Source: Chthoniobacteraceae bacterium
GTDB lineage: Bacteria > Verrucomicrobiota > Verrucomicrobiia > Chthoniobacterales > Chthoniobacteraceae
Direction of reading: 5' to 3'
Assembly (NCBI GenBank): GCA_031409655.1
Contig: JANNXQ010000076.1
Location: 1 to 12,894 of the forward strand
DNA length: 12,894 bases
Of the stretch, positions 1 to 8,043 are shown one piece after another (within the stretch, counting starts at the first letter, position 1; every line of letters begins with the position of its first letter). The notes beneath the pieces were generated by a model. The model did not search any database and was not told where the DNA came from. It saw nothing but the letters and a program-made list of their open reading frames with translations. The translations under genes and the position numbers were made by a program.

Positions 1-195
1 CAGCAGAGCCTGCTGTCGTCGCAGCCACACCTAGCAGGCGTTGGTGTGGCCACGTCACGGTCAATTAAGCCGCGAGAGCGAGATCTTCGTAATCGTTCGC
101 GTTTATTTTTTTGCCCGGAGATTTTACGTGGCCAACCAGGCATCCACGACATGCCGCCTGTGTCTCGAGTCAAAAGTCGAAACCAGTACGCCCCC
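1..195 (-). ncRNA. ssrA: tmRNA (transfer-messenger RNA), 5' portion; 3' end lies beyond the left window edge
   Basis: Minus strand from 195 reads GGGGGCGTACTGGTTTCGAC, a typical tmRNA 5' tRNA-like end. PK1 stems are CGTGG(148-144)/CCACG(131-127) and TGCCTGG(142-136)/CCGGGCA(118-112). An A-rich ATAAAC precedes a tag frame at 100-65 encoding ANDYEDLALAA-stop. A second H-type pseudoknot has GCCACACC(50-43)/GGTGTGGC(31-24) and GCCTGCT(39-33)/AGCAGGC(14-8). Confidence 0.95.
65..100 (-). other. tmRNA proteolysis tag reading frame ANDYEDLALAA
   Basis: GCG AAC GAT TAC GAA GAT CTC GCT CTC GCG GCT TAA. The C-terminal LAA matches the known ClpXP-recognised ssrA tag ending. Confidence 0.92.
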
Positions 196-211
196 TTTTT
201 AGGAGAATTAG

Positions 212-239
212 AGACTAGACCGCCTGCCGTCGATTGCAA
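212..239 (-). promoter_or_regulatory. putative sigma70-type promoter of ssrA
   Basis: TTGCAA (239-234), 16-nt spacer, TAGTCT (217-212), ending 16 nt upstream of the mature tmRNA 5' end. Only a partial consensus match. Confidence 0.45.
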
Positions 240-273
240 CAGGCAATCCCCAACGCTTAAAAAATGGAGAGCC

Positions 274-3200
274 TCACGGGGTGGGCGGCGCCGTGTCGAG
301 AGGCTGGAACAGGCGCGTCGCGGGGACGATTTCCCGGGGCTGGCTATCGCTCTCCCATTTTAGGTCCACCCAGCCATCTCGCCTGACGTTCTGGAACTCG
401 AGTCGTAGATTGTAAAATTCACCCCCGCGCAGAACGATCGGCACGCCAGAGATTTCGGAATCGATCTGAAAAACGTGATTCCACCGATCGACGACAAGTT
501 CATCATTCACCCAGAGCCGCACGCCTTCATCAGTCACCAGGAAAAAATTGTACTCTTCGCTATACATCGGGCGGATCCGGCCACTCCACCGGACTGAGTA
601 CGGTTGCGCGGGTAATCCTGGTGTTGGCGCGGTCTCGTCCGACCAATAGAAGGCGATCCGGTCGTCATTCCGCGTCATTGCAAGAGCCTCAAAGTTTTCC
701 CCCGAATAGTATTCACCCAAAAGGCCACGCTCAGGTCCCTTGGTCGATGAAAAGGCAAGACCCGATCCTGGCACTTGCGAGCTGGGACGCACCGGCACGT
801 GACGTTGTCCCCGCAAGGAGCCTGATCCAGGAACTGCTTTTGAAACGGGCGCAGCCGCTCCGCCCGAACCACTGCTCTCAGTCACGACCAACTTCGCGGC
901 AGTAAAATTCGGCGTCATTGCTGGTGCAGTCGGCGCGGTCGTAGTCAGCCGCTCTCGGGGAATGATTTGGCGGAATTGCGTGCCGCTTTGCCATTCGAGC
1001 CGGGCTACGGCACCCCACTCATTGTCATAGTACTCCATGCGAATATCGACGGGAACTCCGGCGGTCAACGCGATCACAGCCTGATAAGGAGTCGTCCCCT
1101 GATCCTGCCACTGGTCGATGAGCAGTTGGTTATTCACCCAGAGGCGAACGCCATCGTCTGTCGATGTGGTGAAGGTGTAGGTTTCGCTGTAGAGCGCGTT
1201 CACTTTGCCCGTCCAGCGGATTGAAAAAAGATCACCCGGGACGAGCGGGTCCGGCGATCCGAACCACTGAAAATTGATAGCTTCGTCGATCCGCGTCAAG
1301 GTCGCGGTCTCGAAGTTCTTTCCCGCAAAATACTCACCTTTGAGGCCTGAGAGTGTCGCACCGGGCAATGGTGTGTAGGTGACGCTGAGGGTGTTCCCGG
1401 CGACATTCCGCTCCGAGACCGCATCACTGCAAGCATTGGCAGGAAGATTGACCGTGACCTCACCATTCGCAGCAGGATTTACGGTCAGCGCATACGCGCC
1501 TCCGCTCCCAGTCAGGAGCGCAGGCACTCCATTTGCGACGACGAAATCGGAGACGGTGAGGCCGGTGACGCTCTCACCGAAGCTGACCGCAACCGTGAAA
1601 GGCCCTGAAACCGAGGCACTCGGGGTAGTCAAAACGGGGACAGGCCGGCCCGAACCGGCAGACAACTGATCCCGAGGGACGATCTGACGGGCCTGGCTGG
1701 CGCTCTGCCATTCCAAGCGGGCAACTGCACCCCAAGCATTCTCGAAATACTCAAGACGGACATCGACCGGCACGCCGGCAACCAACGCGGTCGTTCCCTG
1801 GTGCGCGGTGGTTCCCTGATCGACCCACTTATCGACGATGAGTTGATCATTCACCCACAGACGGACGCCGTCGTCGGTGGTGGTAATGAAGGAGTACGTT
1901 TCACTGTGCAGCGGGATGACCTTCCCGGTCCAACGCACCGAAAACAAATCTCGGGGCAGAGCTGGCGCCGGACCTTCGAATGGCCAGGAGAAATTAATGA
2001 TGCCATCGACGCGAGTAAGTACATGGCGTTCGAAGCTACGGCCACTGTAATAGTCGCCCGAAAGACCATTGACCACTGCTCCTGCCAGAGGTGTGTAAAT
2101 GGCACTGAGGGTATTCGAAGCGACGTTCCCTTGATTGTCGGAATCCACACACCCGCCCGCAGCGAGATTGATGCTCAGCGGACCGGGTGCAATCGGAGTA
2201 ACGGTGAGGATGTAGGAAGCACCAGTCCCGGTGAGGGAATTCGCCGAGCCATTCGCGAGCACAAAATCCGAGGCTGAGAGGCCCGTCACGGGCTCGCCGA
2301 AAGTAACGGCTAGGGGGAAAGCTCCAGAGACGGCGGCACTCGCCGTCGTGAGCACCGGCACCGGCCGGACATTTCCGGCTGAGAGACGCGATGCCGGAAT
2401 GACCTGACGCGCTTGCGCCCCACTTTGCCATTCCAGTTTCACCGCAGCGCCCCACTCGGACTCGTAATACTCGAGCCGGATGTCCGCGGGAATCCCCGCG
2501 GTGAGAGCGATCGTGCCCTGCCGCTCGGTGACGCCTTGATTGGTCCAGTTATCAATCAGGAGCTGTCCATTGACCCAAAGTCGGACGCCGTCGTCCGCCG
2601 AGGTGAAAAAAGTATGGGCTCCTGTCGTCTGCGGGAGAACCTGACCAGTCCAGCGGATCGAGAAATGGTCCTGTGGGAAACCAGGCGCCAACGCCTCAAA
2701 AGGCCAACTGAAAGCGATCGTTGCGTCCACTCTCGTGAAAGCAAATGTCTCGAAGTCTTCACCCTCATAGTAGTCGCCGCTCAACCCATTCACAACCGCT
2801 AGCGAAGGTGTGTATGCTACACTGAAGGTATTGGAAACCGCATTGCCGTTTCCGGAAACGTCGTTGCAGCGGTTGAGTGGGAGATTAATCGTGACAATCC
2901 CGCCGACGATCGGCGTCGCCGAGACACTGTAGATGGCACCGCTCCCCGCGACGGCAGTCACGCTGCCATTTGTAATCACGAAATCCGCTGCCGTGAGGCC
3001 AGTCACGTCTTCACTAAACGTTGCCGTAACGCTAAACGGGCCGGACACTCCCGTTCCTGGCCCGGTGAGAGTGACCGTAGGCGCGATGCTATCAATCGGA
3101 GCCGACGCGATCGCGTCATCAATTTGCCGGACATAAGCCGCAAGATTCACAAGATCGCCCGCGGATAACGAAACGCCGGTGTGCGCGGCGATGGCGTCGC

Positions 3201-6200
3201 TGACCGTGACCGCAGAGCCATCGTGCAGGTAGGGAGCAGAATTCCAGAGACCGCGGAGCGTGGGAGTATCGAGACCGGTGAGCGCTGCCCCTAAGCGCTG
3301 GCCACTCGACGGTTTAAGCGTGCCGACACTCCGGAATACTCCGAGCGCGCTCTCGGTGAAGCGCGCGCCGGTATGGCAGCTAGCGCAGTTTGCCTGACGA
3401 AACACCTGCTCCCCGGCCAAAGCTTCTGAGGTCAGCGAGCCATCCCCATTTCGCTCGGGGCTGTTACCGGATTGCGTCAGCGAAGCAACATAGGCAGCGA
3501 GCGCATCGAGATCGCCGCTGACGCCCGCCTTGGCGACCCCGAGTGGTTGATCACGGGTACCGGTATGAAAGTCGGTGTTGGCCATCAGACCCAAGCCGCC
3601 GGCGAAGTTGCGAATCTGTCCTTCGAAATCCTGCACCTCGTCGAAATTTCCCGTCCAATGCAATGGCCCCTGCGTCGTGCCGCCATGTCCGCGGAGAACT
3701 ATGGTATTACGCAACCCCTCGCCAAATTGAGTGAAATCCCAAACGCGACCGTCTTGGCCACCGTCATTGTGGCAGGCAGCACAGGAGACGTATTCCTGCA
3801 GCGCCAAGCGTTCATCGCGAGCGTCGTAGAAAAATTGCTTCCCCTTGAGCACTGCGGGGCTGAGCAGATCGTCGGTTACGCAAACTAGCGTCGCGGCAAT
3901 CGGAGGCACTACTTCAACTCCGTCGATGATTGGGCCGATAGCATGTACCGTGATCGTGCGGTCCATGAAGTTCTGGACATAAAGCGTGCGACTGTCGGGT
4001 GAGAGTGCGAGACCTTGCGGCGCTCGGCCCGCATCAAAACGAAAGAGTTCATTGCCGGACCAGGTGTCGGTAACGGAGACGGTGCGGCTGCCTTCCAGCA
4101 CGGTGAAAAGATAAATGCCACGAGAGTCGAACGCCGAGGCGTTGGCAATGCCAGCGTTGTCAAAATCAATGCGATCCGCCAGAGCGTCGGTGACCGGAAT
4201 GCCTGCGCCGAGCGGGAGACGCGAGACGACACTGCGCACGGCCAGGTCATGAGTGAGAGTCTGCCCGTTCCGAAGAGTACCACGCTTGATGTTGTCCTGT
4301 TTCGATGGCACCCAGGCATGCAGGCCATCCGGCGATATGGCAACGCCACCCACGTAGTTTGGAATCCCACGAGCGGACACGGAAGTATCCGGCTCCTCGC
4401 TGTGCTGAAGGATTACAGTGCGTTCGATCGCGCTGAGCAGTGGATTCACTACGACGATCTCACCACCGTGCTTTACGCCCGATACTTCCGTCTGCGGACT
4501 TGCCGTGCCTTCTCCGGGAAGCGGCGGAGTGATGAAGCGTGAGACGAAAACGCGCGTACTATCCGCATTTACCGAGACGTGCCGAATATTGGGACCGAGT
4601 GGAATCGCGGCGGTTTGTGCGCCATTGGTGGGGTTCAGCCGGAGTAATTGTCCACCCTCCTCACACGCAATCCACGCATCGGTTCCGTCCGGGTCAAACG
4701 CGAGGCCGAACGGTCGCGAAGCTCGCGGCAGACTGACAGTGGCAGCGACCGCGAAGGTGGTTGGGTTGATGATACTAAGCGTGGAAGCCCCAGCATTCAC
4801 GACCCAGACGCGACCATCAGGGGCAACCGCCAGGGAGCGCGGTGCGGTGCCGACATTCACTTCCGCGAGGCGCGCACGAGTCACGACATCGAAGACAGAA
4901 ACGCTGTTGTTATCCCCATTCACGCACCAGATGCGGTCGTTGCCAGAAACGCGATCTTCAAACACGATACTGCTGGAGCGAGTCGGATTCAGGGCAGTGA
5001 GCGGCGCATGAATCGCCTGATAGAAGCTTGTGGTAATCTCCGCACCGGTGCCATCGCGAACCGTCAGGGTGACCTGATAACGTCCCGGTCCAAGATAAGT
5101 GTGCGAGGCAGTGGACGCGCTCGAGAAGCCCGTCTCCGGAGTGCTATCTCCGAAGTTCCATCGGAACTCAGGACTCAACCCTCCGAGGGCTTGCCCGGCG
5201 AAGATCACATTCGTGCCTGAAACGACCGGGGCACCAGTAAGCGGACTGACCGCCAGGGGGTTGTTCACGGTCCATGTGAAGACCGCACTAGCAGGAACGG
5301 AGAAGCCATCATTCACCGTCACCGTGGTGTTGTAACTGCCCACTGTCGCCGGCGTTCCAAGAATCAGTCCAGTGGTCGGACTGATGACCATTCCGGGGGG
5401 AAGGCCGCTCGCGCTATAAGTGAGGATGTCTCCGTTGACATCGGTGGCGAGGATTTGCAGGCTCGCAGGGACCCCGATCACCGAAGTGCGGGCTCCCGAG
5501 TTAGTGACAACGGGTGGCGCTGGGAGGGCGTTGGCGTTCACATTCAAGTTCCAGGCTTCGATGTCGTGGTTGTTCGCAAGACCCCCGGTGGCGGCTGAAA
5601 AGCCGAACCACGCGACTCCGTTCGTGAGCGCCGCGAGGTTAAGGGCGGGCACCGTCATCACGGCCGTCGTCGGGCGAGTGGTGGCGAGTCCTTGAACGAG
5701 GTAGACCCGCAAGACATCGGCAGGGCCATCGTACTCTACCCAAACTGTGTGACTCAGTGCATTCTCGAGATCGAATGCCGGCGTGTGGGTTCCGAGATGA
5801 CTCGTCGCGTCACCATTGGCGGTGACGCCCAGATGATTGCCATTTAAGTCATTGGACCCCTGATATGAGTCGATCTCGACCACCAGGCTTTTCGCGATTC
5901 CTCCGTAACCTAATCCCCCCGCCGCTTCTCCGATCGCGTTAGCCCCCACTCCCTGGACGACGAACGCCATTCCGTCAGCCCCATCCGCGGTGCCGTGTTG
6001 GCGAAAGACGAAGCGCGAGATGAAAGACGTATTTGATCCCACCGAAACTGGAGCCGTCAGGAAGGCGCTGCCGACACGGGAGTTCAGGTTTGGGGTAAGC
6101 CTGAGGACATTGCTCGTAACTGAGGCGACGTTGTTCAGCGTAAAGCCGGCGCTGTTTGGGAAGGTGCTAAAATTCTGCACCAGCGTCGGGGGCGAAACCG

Positions 6201-8043
6201 TCCAAAGGAAGTCTTGAAACGACGAACTCGCCCCACCCGTCACGGTCGCTCGGACATTATAGATGCCGAGGGTCGTTGGTGTTCCGCTGACCAGGCCAGT
6301 CTCAGCCACCAAGGCGATTCCTGGCGGCAAACCAGTCGCGCTGTAAGTGCGCGTGACGCCGGTTGGTCCACTCGAGATCAGTTGCAGTAAGGCGGGCGCA
6401 TTGAAGACGCCCGACTGATTGCCCGGATTGGCCATGGAGACTGAGCCTGTGGCATCGACTTGCACGATGGCTGCCGTCGAGTAAGCGCCCGAGGGCAGGA
6501 TTCCGAAGAGCATCCAGTAGCCGGGTGTCATCACGTTGAGATTGGCGTGTGCGGTGATCGAATAATTACCCGGTATCGTCTCGGTGAATGGGAGCACGAG
6601 CCTCCGGAGGTCCGTATTCATCGAGTGGGTAATCGCGGACATCTTGATGAAAGCGAAGTTGGTGATGCCTGGCGTGGCGCTCACGGAAAAGACCGAGCCG
6701 ACGCCGACCTGGGTGGGCACCGTATTGAGCACAGGACGCGTCGCTGGCGAGCCATCGGGATTGAAGAGTTGCGGGGGCGTGTAGAGTTGCGCGTCCTGGT
6801 GATCCGCCGAGTTTCCACTCAAGCCGCCCCCACCGGAGAGCACGCGTCCGTCGGGCATCAGCAGGGCTAAGGAGTGATAGTTCCGCGGCACCGCCATACT
6901 GGATGCGGTGCGCCACAGGCCCGTCGTCGGGTTCCAGATTTCTGCGGCAAAGATAGAGCCAGCGTCCGAGAACTTGATGCCCGAGGTATTCCCGCCGATC
7001 ACCATCACTTCACCGTTCGGCAGGACCACGGAGTTGGCGAATTGTCGGGCGTTGGCCATCGGTGCCGTGGAGGCCAGGGTGGGCGGATTGGTGTTGAGAT
7101 TCACCGTGTATGCGTCCACCGCACTATTACCGGTCGTTCCATCGGCGATGTTATTCAGGGTGTTGATGCCGCCACCGGCCACGACTATTCGACCCTGCTC
7201 ATACATGGCCCAGGCACCTTCTTTCGGATAGTGGCCCCCAGGCACGTTCGTCCCCGAGTTCGCCATGCTCCCAGAGCCGGCCCAAGTGATCCAGCGATTG
7301 ATGTCGGTGGGTCCAAAATGAAACAGCCGTCCGTCGGAATTGACCACAACGAAGGGATGCCACCGGGTGATGTAACCCGCCTCGAGCAACACGTTACCCC
7401 AAGGAATGCCGGTGAGAACGTTCCAACCGGTCGTTTGATTCCAACGTTCAGCCGTGCCGCCGCCCGTTCCATTCCCAGTAACGGTCCACACCTGGCCATC
7501 GGGCAAGGCGACGCTCGTGTTGTACCACCGTCCGCCATTCATATCCTGAACTCGCGTCCATTGATTGGTCCGCCAGTCAAAGGTGCTCGCGCGGACGACT
7601 TCGTTGCGGCCCCCATTCACGAGGACGCGACCATCGGGCAGCATCACGATGCCGCCGCAGAACATGTCGTGGGTGGGATGATTGTATTCGACGAATTGCC
7701 CCGTCGCGGGATCCCACGTGGCCGCGTAGGTGAACTCTACTCCCGTCGGAAACGTGGTTCGGCGATTTGACGCAAACGTCAGCAGGCGGCCATCGGGTAA
7801 CTGCGCCGCGGAGACTGGGATGTGCGGGGCCCATGGAATCACCGGTCCCCAGACGCCCTTCGTTGCATTATCCGCCGGCCCCTCGAGGCCCGTCGGCCCC
7901 TTCACGGCAGGCGCGAGTCTCTGGGCTTCGGCTGCGAAGGTATCGTCATCCGCGTGATTGAGCGCATCGGCGCGAGCGGCCAACGGCGCTCCGAGGAGCG
8001 CGAGCGCGAACACTGCGGTGATCCGGGTAAAGAAGATTTTCAC
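274..8043 (-). CDS. 2589-aa secreted multidomain protein: galactose oxidase-like (AA5) copper radical oxidase + DUF1929, putative Ig, L-type lectin, putative Ig, PKD, YVTN beta-propeller, di-heme cytochrome c peroxidase-like domain, (Ig-like-PA14)x3, linker, PA14
   Basis: GTG start overlaps the upstream stop. Sec signal MKIFFTRITAVFALALLGAPLAARA. Oxidase motifs HDMFC (C129), RWY (Y174), RNYHS (Y389/H390), THS (H473). YSAxGLPPG Ig repeats; lectin GADGMAFV/VEIDSY/GFSAATGG; PKD WNFGD; heme motifs CAACH (3769-3783) and CASCH (3373-3387) followed by TPTLRG..PYLHDGS; four D(D/E)GVRLWVN PA14 motifs. Confidence 0.95.
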   Translation of the reverse strand: MKIFFTRITAVFALALLGAPLAARADALNHADDDTFAAEAQRLAPAVKGPTGLEGPADNATKGVWGPVIPWAPHIPVSAAQLPDGRLLTFASNRRTTFPTGVEFTYAATWDPATGQFVEYNHPTHDMFCGGIVMLPDGRVLVNGGRNEVVRASTFDWRTNQWTRVQDMNGGRWYNTSVALPDGQVWTVTGNGTGGGTAERWNQTTGWNVLTGIPWGNVLLEAGYITRWHPFVVVNSDGRLFHFGPTDINRWITWAGSGSMANSGTNVPGGHYPKEGAWAMYEQGRIVVAGGGINTLNNIADGTTGNSAVDAYTVNLNTNPPTLASTAPMANARQFANSVVLPNGEVMVIGGNTSGIKFSDAGSIFAAEIWNPTTGLWRTASSMAVPRNYHSLALLMPDGRVLSGGGGLSGNSADHQDAQLYTPPQLFNPDGSPATRPVLNTVPTQVGVGSVFSVSATPGITNFAFIKMSAITHSMNTDLRRLVLPFTETIPGNYSITAHANLNVMTPGYWMLFGILPSGAYSTAAIVQVDATGSVSMANPGNQSGVFNAPALLQLISSGPTGVTRTYSATGLPPGIALVAETGLVSGTPTTLGIYNVRATVTGGASSSFQDFLWTVSPPTLVQNFSTFPNSAGFTLNNVASVTSNVLRLTPNLNSRVGSAFLTAPVSVGSNTSFISRFVFRQHGTADGADGMAFVVQGVGANAIGEAAGGLGYGGIAKSLVVEIDSYQGSNDLNGNHLGVTANGDATSHLGTHTPAFDLENALSHTVWVEYDGPADVLRVYLVQGLATTRPTTAVMTVPALNLAALTNGVAWFGFSAATGGLANNHDIEAWNLNVNANALPAPPVVTNSGARTSVIGVPASLQILATDVNGDILTYSASGLPPGMVISPTTGLILGTPATVGSYNTTVTVNDGFSVPASAVFTWTVNNPLAVSPLTGAPVVSGTNVIFAGQALGGLSPEFRWNFGDSTPETGFSSASTASHTYLGPGRYQVTLTVRDGTGAEITTSFYQAIHAPLTALNPTRSSSIVFEDRVSGNDRIWCVNGDNNSVSVFDVVTRARLAEVNVGTAPRSLAVAPDGRVWVVNAGASTLSIINPTTFAVAATVSLPRASRPFGLAFDPDGTDAWIACEEGGQLLRLNPTNGAQTAAIPLGPNIRHVSVNADSTRVFVSRFITPPLPGEGTASPQTEVSGVKHGGEIVVVNPLLSAIERTVILQHSEEPDTSVSARGIPNYVGGVAISPDGLHAWVPSKQDNIKRGTLRNGQTLTHDLAVRSVVSRLPLGAGIPVTDALADRIDFDNAGIANASAFDSRGIYLFTVLEGSRTVSVTDTWSGNELFRFDAGRAPQGLALSPDSRTLYVQNFMDRTITVHAIGPIIDGVEVVPPIAATLVCVTDDLLSPAVLKGKQFFYDARDERLALQEYVSCAACHNDGGQDGRVWDFTQFGEGLRNTIVLRGHGGTTQGPLHWTGNFDEVQDFEGQIRNFAGGLGLMANTDFHTGTRDQPLGVAKAGVSGDLDALAAYVASLTQSGNSPERNGDGSLTSEALAGEQVFRQANCASCHTGARFTESALGVFRSVGTLKPSSGQRLGAALTGLDTPTLRGLWNSAPYLHDGSAVTVSDAIAAHTGVSLSAGDLVNLAAYVRQIDDAIASAPIDSIAPTVTLTGPGTGVSGPFSVTATFSEDVTGLTAADFVITNGSVTAVAGSGAIYSVSATPIVGGIVTINLPLNRCNDVSGNGNAVSNTFSVAYTPSLAVVNGLSGDYYEGEDFETFAFTRVDATIAFSWPFEALAPGFPQDHFSIRWTGQVLPQTTGAHTFFTSADDGVRLWVNGQLLIDNWTNQGVTERQGTIALTAGIPADIRLEYYESEWGAAVKLEWQSGAQARQVIPASRLSAGNVRPVPVLTTASAAVSGAFPLAVTFGEPVTGLSASDFVLANGSANSLTGTGASYILTVTPIAPGPLSINLAAGGCVDSDNQGNVASNTLSAIYTPLAGAVVNGLSGDYYSGRSFERHVLTRVDGIINFSWPFEGPAPALPRDLFSVRWTGKVIPLHSETYSFITTTDDGVRLWVNDQLIVDKWVDQGTTAHQGTTALVAGVPVDVRLEYFENAWGAVARLEWQSASQARQIVPRDQLSAGSGRPVPVLTTPSASVSGPFTVAVSFGESVTGLTVSDFVVANGVPALLTGSGGAYALTVNPAANGEVTVNLPANACSDAVSERNVAGNTLSVTYTPLPGATLSGLKGEYFAGKNFETATLTRIDEAINFQWFGSPDPLVPGDLFSIRWTGKVNALYSETYTFTTSTDDGVRLWVNNQLLIDQWQDQGTTPYQAVIALTAGVPVDIRMEYYDNEWGAVARLEWQSGTQFRQIIPRERLTTTAPTAPAMTPNFTAAKLVVTESSGSGGAAAPVSKAVPGSGSLRGQRHVPVRPSSQVPGSGLAFSSTKGPERGLLGEYYSGENFEALAMTRNDDRIAFYWSDETAPTPGLPAQPYSVRWSGRIRPMYSEEYNFFLVTDEGVRLWVNDELVVDRWNHVFQIDSEISGVPIVLRGGEFYNLRLEFQNVRRDGWVDLKWESDSQPREIVPATRLFQPLDTAPPTP
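940..3090 (-). repeat. three tandem ~240-aa Ig-like + PA14 units; approximate bounds
   Basis: The Gly codon of the PA14 start motif (GLSGDYY, GLSGDYY, GLKGEYF) falls at 2787, 2067 and 1347, exactly 720 nt apart. Each Ig unit has FxExVTGLxxxDFVxxNG. Confidence 0.85.
3110..4980 (-). other. YVTN beta-propeller + di-heme CcP/MauG-superfamily module within the giant CDS; approximate bounds
   Basis: Propeller repeats such as VGTAPRSLAVAPDGRVWVVN and AGRAPQGLALSPDSRTLYVQN, then two CxxCH motifs, LHWTGNFDEVQDFE and PYLHDGS. Confidence 0.85.
6450..7870 (-). other. copper radical oxidase module (Kelch propeller + DUF1929/early-set domain) within the giant CDS; approximate bounds
   Basis: Repeated LPDGRVLxxGG Kelch blades. 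Residues equivalent to galactose oxidase C228, Y272, Y495, H496 and H581 are all present in matching local motifs. Confidence 0.9.

Noticed and set aside
1..50. Pseudoknot with GCTGCGAC..CAGGCTC, superficially like an SAH riboswitch
   Set aside because: Lacks the GAGGAGCG-type element and is fully explained as a tmRNA pseudoknot downstream of the tag.
46..363. 105-aa plus-strand ORF
   Set aside because: Antisense to the tmRNA and to the end of the giant CDS; no recognisable protein features.
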